From the NCBI GenBank assembly GCA_964507855.1, contig CAZDQS010000004.1, positions 80,888-122,182 on the forward strand: DNA of 41,295 nt. The letters are read 5' to 3'. This DNA is from an uncultured Candidatus Saccharibacteria bacterium. GTDB lineage: Bacteria > Patescibacteriota > Saccharimonadia > Saccharimonadales > CAZDQS01. Position numbers and translations under genes: made by a program. The stretch's first letter is position 1. Each line of letters starts with the position of its first letter. The notes under the pieces are model-generated. The model was not told the DNA's origin and searched no databases. It saw only the letters and a program-made list of their open reading frames with translations. Positions 18,399-26,886 of this stretch are shown here, one piece after another.

Positions 18399-19193
18399 CT
18401 ACCGCCTGCCCACTAAACGGTGTTCGTCCATCCAGTAGTAGGCAAACAGTCCGCCGGCAATTACCAATACTACAAGCAACTGCAGAACCGTCTTACCGAA
18501 GGATTCAATCTCCTGCCCGCCCGCCGCGGCGACCAATTGGTACACAAAGCCGACGATATTGAAGAGACATATAAGAAAGGTGAAGAACTGGGTAAGCTGC
18601 GAGAAACGCCGCTTTGAAGGTTCCAGCCGGAGCACGGGGTTTGCCACTTCTGCTCGCTTCAGGCGGAGAAAGAAGAAGGCAAAAACCGGCAAGCTAACCA
18701 GTAGCAGCGATATAGGGAACGCCAGCATATCAAAGCCCGCGTTATCACCATCGATTAGAGCAAGCAGAATCCAAGCCAGTGATGCAGCGCCAAACCATAG
18801 CGTAAAGGTCATAAGGCCATACTCCACACCCCGTACACTGAGGACTTTAACAACCGGCATAGGCTGGCCGTCTTCAGGGGCATTGGCGGCAGTTGGCGTG
18901 GCCGGTACCGGCGGCTCCGGCAATGCAGGTGCTGGAGCTGATGACGACTCGGGGCTTCGGTCTGCAAATGCCGGGAACGCAAATGGCACGTGCTGCTTTG
19001 GCTCGTCAGCTGGGCGGGCTGGTCCTGGCGATTCGTCACTACGCGGACTTTCTTCCCGCTCCTCTAGTTCTGGCTGCGGAGGTGCCGCGCCAAATGACGG
19101 CTCAGTGGCCATGTTCTCTGTTTGCACTCCCGGGTCATCGGAGCTGCTATCTTGATGATCGCGGTAATTGTTAGACTCACGCCACTCTTCCAT
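18399..19193 (-). CDS. membrane protein with Pro/Glu/Ser-rich N-terminal region and ~4 TM helices
   Basis: I chose the start at ATG 19193 (MEEWRES) with AAGGA upstream. The track start at 19226 is a GTG sitting inside the -10 box. The C-terminal half is strongly hydrophobic. Confidence 0.6.
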   Translation of the reverse strand: MEEWRESNNYRDHQDSSSDDPGVQTENMATEPSFGAAPPQPELEEREESPRSDESPGPARPADEPKQHVPFAFPAFADRSPESSSAPAPALPEPPVPATPTAANAPEDGQPMPVVKVLSVRGVEYGLMTFTLWFGAASLAWILLALIDGDNAGFDMLAFPISLLLVSLPVFAFFFLRLKRAEVANPVLRLEPSKRRFSQLTQFFTFLICLFNIVGFVYQLVAAAGGQEIESFGKTVLQLLVVLVIAGGLFAYYWMDEHRLVGRR

Positions 19194-19227
19194 AGGGAAA
19201 ATCCTTTTTGTTGTTACATTTATCACG

Positions 19228-19243
19228 AGTATAGCATAAGCTT
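19228..19243 (-). promoter_or_regulatory. extended -10 promoter element AAGCTTATGC-TATACT
   Basis: The reverse complement reads aagcttaTGcTATACT, 35 nt upstream of ATG 19193. The -35 is poor and overlaps the end of the upstream gene. Confidence 0.45.
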
Positions 19244-19256
19244 TTTGCGCCAGATG

Positions 19257-20507
19257 TTATTTTCGCTCAAGGACAGCGAGCGTCTCGATATGCGGCGTGC
19301 GAGGAAAGAAGTTATATACCTCAAAGAAGTTTATGCTGTATTTCTCCTGCAACAATCCCAAATCCCGCGCGTGTGTCGCAGGATTGCATGATAAGTACAA
19401 GACTCTTGGCGGGAGCACCTCAAGCACTCGCTCCGTCAATTTCGGATGCAAGCCCGCCCGCGGCGGATCAAAGATTATTGGCCGGTCAGACATGACATAG
19501 TCGAGAGCTTTCTCCGTAGATGTTTCTATCACTTTCGCCTCGAGCTCGCTCTTGTGGGCATTTTTGCGCGCCATGGCTGCCGTCGCCGGATCAAGCTCGA
19601 CAAGCGTCACGCTTTTCTTCGCCAGACTCAGCCCTATCGAACCGACACCGGCATACATATCAACCAACTCATCTCCATTGGCAAACTCCTTCATTCTCGC
19701 AAGCGCCCGTTCAAAAATCGGCACATTGACCTGGAAAAATGAATCCACGTCATAGACAAATTCCCTGCCCAACAGCTCATCCTGCAGGAGCACCAAGCCC
19801 TGCTCACGCAAAAGCTCCGTCGGCACCGACGCCGGACTTTTCGGGTTGGAATAATACACCCTGAGCCCCTTCAACTGCGGCGGCAGCTTCACTTCAGGAA
19901 AGTCCTGTCGCTTCACGAACAGGCTGGCAGCGACATCACTTTCTTGCGAACATCGAACAATTATTGTCTTCAGATCGCCTGCCCGAATGGACAATGCATT
20001 GAGCTGAGCAAGAACTGCATTCGCAGCCGTATCCAACGCTGGCATGGCCAGTTTACTGCCCTGCACTATCTGTTTCTGGTGGCTACCGCGATTATAGAGA
20101 GCCAGATGAATACCGTCATCGTCTCCATAAAAGCTGTACTCCATTTTGTTGCGATAGTCGTATTCGTATTCCGTATAACGTATTTCGTATGCTGGTAAGT
20201 GCACTCTGTCGCGCTGGAACAATTCATCAACTATTTCTTTTTTATGTTTGTTCTCGGCTTCGAACGTCATGATTTGCCACGGACTTGTGGCTAAGAAATT
20301 TGGCTCTTCCGGTTCAATACGGTCTGGAGACGACACTATGATTTCTTCGGCAATACCTTCTGCGAACGACTTCTTGCGCTTCCAAAGCTTGACGCGCACC
20401 TTCTCGCCAGGCAAAGCATTCCAGACAAACACCTTTCGTCCATCAGGCAACGTGCCTAATCCCTGCCCGCCATGGACAAGTTTCTCGATCTGCACCTCTT
20501 CAAACAT
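19257..20507 (-). CDS. TrmA/RlmD-family RNA (uracil-5)-methyltransferase with TRAM-like N-terminus
   Basis: Class I SAM fold (VDMYAGVGSIG) and catalytic Cys in YLSCNPATHARD. The Cys cluster of Fe-S-containing RlmD is absent. Confidence 0.85.
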   Translation of the reverse strand: MFEEVQIEKLVHGGQGLGTLPDGRKVFVWNALPGEKVRVKLWKRKKSFAEGIAEEIIVSSPDRIEPEEPNFLATSPWQIMTFEAENKHKKEIVDELFQRDRVHLPAYEIRYTEYEYDYRNKMEYSFYGDDDGIHLALYNRGSHQKQIVQGSKLAMPALDTAANAVLAQLNALSIRAGDLKTIIVRCSQESDVAASLFVKRQDFPEVKLPPQLKGLRVYYSNPKSPASVPTELLREQGLVLLQDELLGREFVYDVDSFFQVNVPIFERALARMKEFANGDELVDMYAGVGSIGLSLAKKSVTLVELDPATAAMARKNAHKSELEAKVIETSTEKALDYVMSDRPIIFDPPRAGLHPKLTERVLEVLPPRVLYLSCNPATHARDLGLLQEKYSINFFEVYNFFPRTPHIETLAVLERK

Positions 20508-20516
20508 ACTGTCTTA

Positions 20517-21140
20517 TTATACAGAGGTCGCCACGATATTCATCAGCTCATTAGGCCGACTTATAAAATAATCCGGCTTGTGTGCTTGTAAAATCACGTT
20601 GCCATTGTAGCCCCAGCCTACTGCTACTGCCTTCACTCCCGCCTTCTTGGCTGCTTCAATGTCCCTTACCTCGTCACCCACACAATATGTTTGAACTGGA
20701 TCCAGCTGCTCCTCGCGGATAATGTTCTTTATCACCTTTGTTTTGCCAAAAACACCAATATTGCCATATATTCCGCTGAAGCAACCGTCGATTTGATGGC
20801 GCTTTAGGAATGCATCTATATTTTCCTGACTATTAGAGCTCGCGACGAACAATCTGTGGCCAGCACTTGATAATGACTCAAATACCGGCGCTAGCCCCTC
20901 GAATATCGTTGCCTGCGGCATGGTTTTGGTCATCTCGGCCCTTCCCCAAACCAGCAAGCCCGGCATCCGCCACAGCGGCACGCCAATTTCACGCAAGAGT
21001 TCACGTACCGTCATGTTGCGGTAGCGCTCAACTTCTTCAGCTGTAATCGGATCCTTTCCCGACCAGCGGTCAAATATTTCGATAACAAGAGGCAACGTAT
21101 CGGCAATTGTTCCGTCAAAGTCAAATATTACGTTGGCCAT
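20517..21140 (-). CDS. HAD-superfamily hydrolase (phosphoglycolate phosphatase-like)
   Basis: Motif I FDFDGTIADT, motif II VASSN, motif IV CVGDEVRD. Confidence 0.85.
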   Translation of the reverse strand: MANVIFDFDGTIADTLPLVIEIFDRWSGKDPITAEEVERYRNMTVRELLREIGVPLWRMPGLLVWGRAEMTKTMPQATIFEGLAPVFESLSSAGHRLFVASSNSQENIDAFLKRHQIDGCFSGIYGNIGVFGKTKVIKNIIREEQLDPVQTYCVGDEVRDIEAAKKAGVKAVAVGWGYNGNVILQAHKPDYFISRPNELMNIVATSV

Positions 21141-21149
21141 GCGGTGATA

Positions 21150-21989
21150 TTACGGCCGTAGCGCCCCGGCAAAAACCTGCCAGGCTAAAGCGCTCTTAGC
21201 CACCAAACTTAATATCATATAAGCACGCTCACCGTAGAGGTAATCTGCCCACTTACCCTTTCGCTTGTACTGCAGGTACATGTTGATCGCAAACAGGTTA
21301 AAGAATACAAAGATGCTCACGTATATCCAGTAAACGAACGCAGGAACATTACCTTCACCGTACAAGTTGGCGTGCCACAGGTAAGTACCAATGACCACCC
21401 ACGGGATAATTCCGGCGATACAGCCGATAACAAAGTTCGACCAGTCCACATCTTGCCGGTCTTTGTTGCGCCATTCCATCGCCAGTCCCATGAGGTTCAT
21501 GATAGCCACAAAACCAAATAGCATCAGAAGCGCCGTGATGCTATAGACGCCACTGAGCAAACCGATAGCCACTATCATGGTGCTGGCGCTGAACGCATAC
21601 TCTATCCAGCGCGCTTTATTTATGCCGTGCGTCAGCCCTGATTCATATCCTTTGCGATACCACGTGGCTACGACACCATGGGCGACAGCCGACATAAAGA
21701 AAAACGCTGCCACAAGATAGGCTAAGTTGATATCAAACAAATGCCGCGTCGCCTCAGCCAACACCGGCCGGTCAACAGCGCGGCTAGCCAGCTCATCAAT
21801 GCTGAGAAAGGTCGTATTGACCGGCAGCGTAGCGTTGCGAGCCAGCGCCAGCACGGCGACACCCTGCAGGGCGTGCAGCCCCGCCAACACTATGTTCCAC
21901 TTGCGTAAACCGTTTCGTGTAATTTGTTTGTTTTTCTTTCCGGTAGTCTTTGACTTTCCCTGCTCGTCCACAGAAGTGATTTTATTCAT
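21150..21989 (-). CDS. heliorhodopsin
   Basis: Seven TM helices. It aligns closely with my recollection of heliorhodopsin 48C12: RWIEYAFSASTMIV (counter-ion Glu130), GCIAGIIPWV, and YLQYKRKGKWADYLYGERAYMILSLVAKSALAWQVF. The Schiff-base Lys265 is codon 21195-21197, and His39 and His104 are retained. Confidence 0.9.
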   Translation of the reverse strand: MNKITSVDEQGKSKTTGKKNKQITRNGLRKWNIVLAGLHALQGVAVLALARNATLPVNTTFLSIDELASRAVDRPVLAEATRHLFDINLAYLVAAFFFMSAVAHGVVATWYRKGYESGLTHGINKARWIEYAFSASTMIVAIGLLSGVYSITALLMLFGFVAIMNLMGLAMEWRNKDRQDVDWSNFVIGCIAGIIPWVVIGTYLWHANLYGEGNVPAFVYWIYVSIFVFFNLFAINMYLQYKRKGKWADYLYGERAYMILSLVAKSALAWQVFAGALRP

Positions 21990-22026
21990 TTCTTCAATAT
22001 AACAGAAAGCGGGCGCTTAAGCAGGA

Positions 22027-22665
22027 TTAATCAACCGGTGTATATGGGACATGACAGGCGCCGCGGCCGGTTTTCTCGGTGAATTTCTGATGATAGTCCT
22101 CTGCGGGATAGAATTCTCCAGCCTTAGTAATCTCCGTTACGATGGGATTGTCGAAATTCTTTTGTTGCTCGGACTTCACTCTTTCTGCTACTTCTTTTTG
22201 CCCATTACTGAAGTAAAAAATCGCAGAGCGGTACTGGTCGCCAACATCCGGCCCTTGGCGGTTGAGCTGTGTTGGGTCGTGCATCCTGAAAAATTGCTTC
22301 AGGAGGATACGAAACGCATCGGCCTGCTGGCTAGCAGAGCTAGCCACTCTGCCGCTGCTTGCGGCTTGCTGCTGTGTTGCCGCCTCCGATACTCCCTTCA
22401 CCGTATTTAGATACGGCTCGGTCCGTTTCTCGTCGGCGCCTTGCATCAAACTCGCATTCGTACCTCCTGCAACCACGACTTCCGGGTTATACTCAATGAG
22501 CACAGCTTCGGCGTGGCCAGTACCTTCATAACAAACCTGCTCATATGTTGGATGCTCAGCATGGCCGCCGGTATAGCCGACGGTCGTCTTCACAACCCCA
22601 GGCACCTGGTCAAAGTAGTATTGAACACCCCAGAAACATCCAGCCGCAAACAAAGCCTTATCCAT
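22027..22665 (-). CDS. msrA: peptide methionine (S)-sulfoxide reductase MsrA with an internal low-complexity insertion
   Basis: Contains the GCFWG active site, VGYTGG and HDPTQLNRQGPDVGDQYRSAIFY. A ~50-aa Q/A/S-rich insert lies between EYNPEVV and LLKQFFRMHDPT. Confidence 0.9.
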   Translation of the reverse strand: MDKALFAAGCFWGVQYYFDQVPGVVKTTVGYTGGHAEHPTYEQVCYEGTGHAEAVLIEYNPEVVVAGGTNASLMQGADEKRTEPYLNTVKGVSEAATQQQAASSGRVASSASQQADAFRILLKQFFRMHDPTQLNRQGPDVGDQYRSAIFYFSNGQKEVAERVKSEQQKNFDNPIVTEITKAGEFYPAEDYHQKFTEKTGRGACHVPYTPVD

Positions 22666-22682
22666 GAATATAATTATACGCC

Positions 22683-24215
22683 CTAAGACTCAAGCCGCAG
22701 GCGGCTTACTAGCCAATCACGCGGAAGCAAGCTCAAAAACCAGCCGGCGCGCGGACCAGATGATTTGCCGATAAGGACTTCGTATAATGTGCTGAAGAGC
22801 TCCTTGGGCGGCAGCCCGCTGGTCTCCTTGAAGTCATAGATTGCCTTGTGGAACCATTCGCCATCGGCATCCTCCGGCGCCTGCTCAATCTTTGCCGCAA
22901 GATCAGCAAGATACTGCCTCTGCGCGTCACTTAAGCCATTGTCTTCATAGCTATTCAGAAGCTCAAACTTTACCTCATCAGGAGCCCAGCGCTTAAGCCA
23001 GTTATCTATAAACCTTAGCTCTTCTAAGATAATCTCACGTTGATTTTCAACGTTTTCCCTATGTTCTGTCCGCGCTATGACTTCAAGTGTTTTGATAGGG
23101 TCCTTCAGTGATGCCTGATAACTGGCGACAAGATGCGAAAATGGCACATTGCTGACAGTCCGCTTTTCTATACCCTGCTCTGCAGTTGCGACCAGCTGCT
23201 TTTCCGCCTCGGACTTGTTGGGTTTTGCGAGCAGTTCACTAAATTCATCAAAAAGCCGGATTAAGGTCGGTCCTTGGTCAAAAAACATCAGTTTATCAGG
23301 GCTTGAGCGAAGCAAAAAGTACCAGACGATCTCTGCCGGCAATACTTCTAACAAATCAGCGGCAGTGATGGTGTCACCTGCACTCTTGCTCATTTTCTTA
23401 GTATCACCAGTGCGATTAATAAAGTTGTATGGAACTGGCACGGGCGCCTCAATACCAAACACCTCTTTTGCGATAACGACACCAGTGTCGTAAGAACCGC
23501 CCTTCGTGGCGTGGTCACGACCAAACGGTTCAACATCCACGCCGAGTAGCCACCAGCGTGCAGGCCAATCAATACGCCAATTAAGCTTTACCTGGCCTTT
23601 GTCATACCCGGTTATTTGCTCTTTCCCGTCTTTATCGATATAAACGAGTGTTTTGTTATCAACATCAATGCTTACATACGGACGGTTTTTTAGATAACCG
23701 TCCTCAACTACCTGCACCGGAGACCACTGCTCATCCAATTTGCGCCCAGAGACTTCTTCCAGAATCCCCTTGATCTTGTCAGTATTCTCTAGAGCCTTTT
23801 CTATGGCAGGCACAAAATACCCCAAACGGTACTTTTCATGTGCCCGCATAATATCCATATCGAGCTTTAAATCCCGGGAGGCTTTCAAGAGATCTTGGAG
23901 ATAGTAATCCGCATAAGACTGGTCGGAACCATCGGGAGCAGGTACGTCACAAAGAGGCATGCCAAGATATTTCTCAAACTCTTCAGGTACACCCACAGGC
24001 ACCTTCCTAAACACATCCAGATCATCCACCACATGGATATGTCGGGCTTGCCTTCCGCGCCGCCTCAATTCGCGAGCAATCGCCTCTGCAGTCAAGACTT
24101 CGCGAAGTGTTCCGAGATGGTACGTACCCGATGGGGATACGCCAGAGGAAACAAGAATCTCCCCGTCCGGATGGCGGGCAATTAGCTCATCGACAATGTT
24201 ATTCAACCACTGCAT
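22683..24215 (-). CDS. lysK: class I lysyl-tRNA synthetase
   Basis: 510 aa. Class I Rossmann signatures HLGT (HIGH-like) and KMSKS, with archaeal-type LysRS architecture. SD AAGGAAG upstream. Confidence 0.9.
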   Translation of the reverse strand: MQWLNNIVDELIARHPDGEILVSSGVSPSGTYHLGTLREVLTAEAIARELRRRGRQARHIHVVDDLDVFRKVPVGVPEEFEKYLGMPLCDVPAPDGSDQSYADYYLQDLLKASRDLKLDMDIMRAHEKYRLGYFVPAIEKALENTDKIKGILEEVSGRKLDEQWSPVQVVEDGYLKNRPYVSIDVDNKTLVYIDKDGKEQITGYDKGQVKLNWRIDWPARWWLLGVDVEPFGRDHATKGGSYDTGVVIAKEVFGIEAPVPVPYNFINRTGDTKKMSKSAGDTITAADLLEVLPAEIVWYFLLRSSPDKLMFFDQGPTLIRLFDEFSELLAKPNKSEAEKQLVATAEQGIEKRTVSNVPFSHLVASYQASLKDPIKTLEVIARTEHRENVENQREIILEELRFIDNWLKRWAPDEVKFELLNSYEDNGLSDAQRQYLADLAAKIEQAPEDADGEWFHKAIYDFKETSGLPPKELFSTLYEVLIGKSSGPRAGWFLSLLPRDWLVSRLRLES

Positions 24216-24226
24216 GTATCTTCCTT

Positions 24227-24258
24227 AAAAACAATCTGGGGTAAGTATACCCCAGATT
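24227..24258 (-). terminator. rho-independent terminator after greA
   Basis: A 9-bp stem AATCTGGGG/CCCCAGATT (24233-24241/24250-24258), followed on the minus strand by GTTTTT. Confidence 0.7.
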
Positions 24259-24284
24259 GGTAGTTCTTTGTAATATGTACCGTC

Positions 24285-24746
24285 TTAGGATATGTCGACG
24301 ATTTTGTAGGTGCTCGTCTCTATCGGGGTCTTTATCTCGACTTCTTCGCCTTCTTTTTTGCCGAGGAGCGCCTGACCGATTGGTGATTCGTCAGAAATCT
24401 TGCCGTTGATTGGGTCCGCCTCGACAGTGCCGACCACCTGGAATTCCTTGGTCTTGCCACCGCCATCCTGAAGCTTCACAACTGAGCCCAGCTGCACTTT
24501 ACTGTCGCCCTTCGGCTTCTTGATAAACTCAACGTTCTGCAAGATGTGCTCGATTTCAGCAATGCGACCCTCTACGCGTTCCTGCTCCTGACGGGCGGCT
24601 GTATACTCGGCATTTTCGCTCAGGTCACCGAACTCGCGGGCTGTCTTGATACGCTCAGCGATAGGAGCGCGTTGCGCCAACAACTCTTCAAGCTCTTTCT
24701 CGAGCTCATCAACACCTTCTTGGGTTAAACGAAATAATTTTTTCAT
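24285..24746 (-). CDS. greA: transcription elongation factor GreA
   Basis: 153 aa. N-terminal coiled coil with an acidic tip (GDLSENAEY) and a C-terminal FKBP-like domain. Confidence 0.95.
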   Translation of the reverse strand: MKKLFRLTQEGVDELEKELEELLAQRAPIAERIKTAREFGDLSENAEYTAARQEQERVEGRIAEIEHILQNVEFIKKPKGDSKVQLGSVVKLQDGGGKTKEFQVVGTVEADPINGKISDESPIGQALLGKKEGEEVEIKTPIETSTYKIVDIS

Positions 24747-24808
24747 GCTAATGCAACACTCCTATCTCATCTGTTAAACCCACCAGGTTGTGGGTTATTA
24801 TACTGGTA

Positions 24809-26065
24809 CTACGACTTTATTTCCAGTGTATTTAACACTGTTTCTTTAGATACAATTCTGGTGCTTTCTTGGGTTCGTTCCTTGATTTCGTAGCCACTCT
24901 TCTCTAGTGTCTTATCGCTCACGACAATCCGGTACGGTATCCCCATAAGGTCGGCGTCCGCAAACTTCTCGCCCGGACGCGCATCCCGGTCATCATAGAG
25001 TACCGTAATAGAATTTTCTGTCAATCGTTTGTAAAGTTCATCCGTTGCCATCACCACTTCTTCGCTGTCACCTATTCGGATAAGGTAGACCTCCGCAGGC
25101 GCAATGTTCCGCGGCCAGATCAAGCCCCTGTCGTCGCTTAAGAGTTCGGCCACGGTGCCCATGACCCGGCTAACACCGATTCCGTAACATCCCATAATGA
25201 GCGTTACGGGTTTGCCCGTCTCATCCGCCACGCTTACATCGAACGGAGCTGAAAACTTCGTGCCGAGACTGAAGATGTTACCCACTTCGATAGCACGCAC
25301 TTCTTCAAGCTGCTCTCGATTAACGCCAAGCTCGGCTACGACCTCGTCCGTATATACTTCTTTGTTAATTGCGATGCCCTTTTTCCTGTCCAGATAAATC
25401 GTATCCTCACCTGCATCACTCAAGGTTTGGAACTCGTGGCTAAACTTGCTGAAGCTCCCGCCGCTCGCAAATGTCATGAACGTGCGATCTCCAATACCGA
25501 CCCGGTCGTAAACGCGCCGGTAGGCCTCTTGGGCTTGCGCGTAAAACGCTTGATGCTGCTCGTCAGTCATGGCGAATGAATACATGTCTTTCATCAAGAA
25601 TTCGCGTCCGCGCATCAGACCGCTCTTTGAACGGAGCTCGTTTCGGAACTTGGTTTGGATCTGGTAAGGTGCGATGGGCAGGTCTTTGTATGAGTTCACG
25701 TAATTTTTTACGATTGGCGAGAGGTTTTCTTCGTGGGAAAACCCGAGGCCAAGCTCGGTGCCGTTGGCGAGCTTGGTCTTAAACCAGTTGTCGACGATGC
25801 TATCATCCCACCGGTTGGTCGCTTCATAGCGTTCTTTTACTTGGAGAGCCGGCATTAATATCTCCTGCCCGCCGATCGCATCCATCTCTTCGCGAATAAT
25901 GGCCGCTATTTTATTGAGCACACGAAGTCCGAGCGGCATATAGCTGTATACCCCCGCCATCTCTTTGTGGACGAACCCGGCTTTAATGAGCAGCTGTGCG
26001 TTCTTCGCCGTTTCGTCGGCAGGCACCTGCTTACTCGTCTTCGTGAATAACTGCGAAACTCTCAT
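24809..26065 (-). CDS. proS: prolyl-tRNA synthetase, bacterial-type lacking the INS editing domain
   Basis: The N-terminus (MRVSQLFTKT) and motifs 1-2 (YQIQTKFRNELRSKSGLMRGREFLMKDMYSF) match bacterial ProRS. It is only 418 aa, and the sequence runs from motif 2 to motif 3 with no ~180-aa insertion. Confidence 0.9.
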   Translation of the reverse strand: MRVSQLFTKTSKQVPADETAKNAQLLIKAGFVHKEMAGVYSYMPLGLRVLNKIAAIIREEMDAIGGQEILMPALQVKERYEATNRWDDSIVDNWFKTKLANGTELGLGFSHEENLSPIVKNYVNSYKDLPIAPYQIQTKFRNELRSKSGLMRGREFLMKDMYSFAMTDEQHQAFYAQAQEAYRRVYDRVGIGDRTFMTFASGGSFSKFSHEFQTLSDAGEDTIYLDRKKGIAINKEVYTDEVVAELGVNREQLEEVRAIEVGNIFSLGTKFSAPFDVSVADETGKPVTLIMGCYGIGVSRVMGTVAELLSDDRGLIWPRNIAPAEVYLIRIGDSEEVVMATDELYKRLTENSITVLYDDRDARPGEKFADADLMGIPYRIVVSDKTLEKSGYEIKERTQESTRIVSKETVLNTLEIKS

Positions 26066-26096
26066 AAACTCTTATTCTCTTTAAGCACATTGTACC

Positions 26097-26870
26097 CTAG
26101 TTAATCGGAAATATAAAAAGCACCAAAAACGCCAGACCGTTCTTCATGGCATGCAGGCCTATGGGCGCCCACAAACCATTGGTGACATCACGCACATATA
26201 TAAGGATAACCGACAGTACAAAAGTATCGATAGCCGCAGCCCAGAGCGGCGGCGCGCCCGCGCCGAGCTGCAAATGGGCCACCGCAAAGACAAAGCTCGT
26301 CAATATCACCGCCCATACTTTCGGTAAACTCTTTTTGAGACCGAGGTATAAGTAACCGCGAACGAGTATTTCTTCAACCAGCGGCGGCAAAACCACCAGG
26401 CTAATGAACACCAGTATCAGCTGCCAGCCACCTACTGCTGCATCGAATCCAAGTTGCTGTGACTGCTCCTGATCGATTTGCGGCAACAATACTTCAGTTA
26501 ACCTGGAGACCAGTATAAGCGACGGGATATACAGCCCGAGCCCTATAAGCGCATAGCCGAGGTCTTTTAGCTTTGGGCGACGCAGACCGAGCGTTCTGAA
26601 ATTGGCTTTACTGCCCTTCAGTACCCAGTACAACAGCCCCAGCGTTGCGGCCTCGACAAGCAGTATCCAGAAAAACTGCGTCACGACTGAGTTGTTGAGC
26701 AATCCTTCGGCCTCGTTGACACTCAGGCCGCTCAAACCCGAATAGATACCGAACAGTACGACCGCAATAAACTGCGCCCCGAAGTAAATAGCGATTGTCC
26801 CAACCACCGCCGCTACAGGCCCCCACAATATATGGTGGCGCTTTTCTTTTGCCTGACCGCCATGCTCCAT
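26097..26870 (-). CDS. CPBP-family intramembrane glutamic endopeptidase (CAAX protease-like)
   Basis: Multi-TM protein with motifs EEILVRGY and FAVAH. Confidence 0.8.
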   Translation of the reverse strand: MEHGGQAKEKRHHILWGPVAAVVGTIAIYFGAQFIAVVLFGIYSGLSGLSVNEAEGLLNNSVVTQFFWILLVEAATLGLLYWVLKGSKANFRTLGLRRPKLKDLGYALIGLGLYIPSLILVSRLTEVLLPQIDQEQSQQLGFDAAVGGWQLILVFISLVVLPPLVEEILVRGYLYLGLKKSLPKVWAVILTSFVFAVAHLQLGAGAPPLWAAAIDTFVLSVILIYVRDVTNGLWAPIGLHAMKNGLAFLVLFIFPIN

Positions 26871-26886
26871 ATGATGCTCTCTACGT

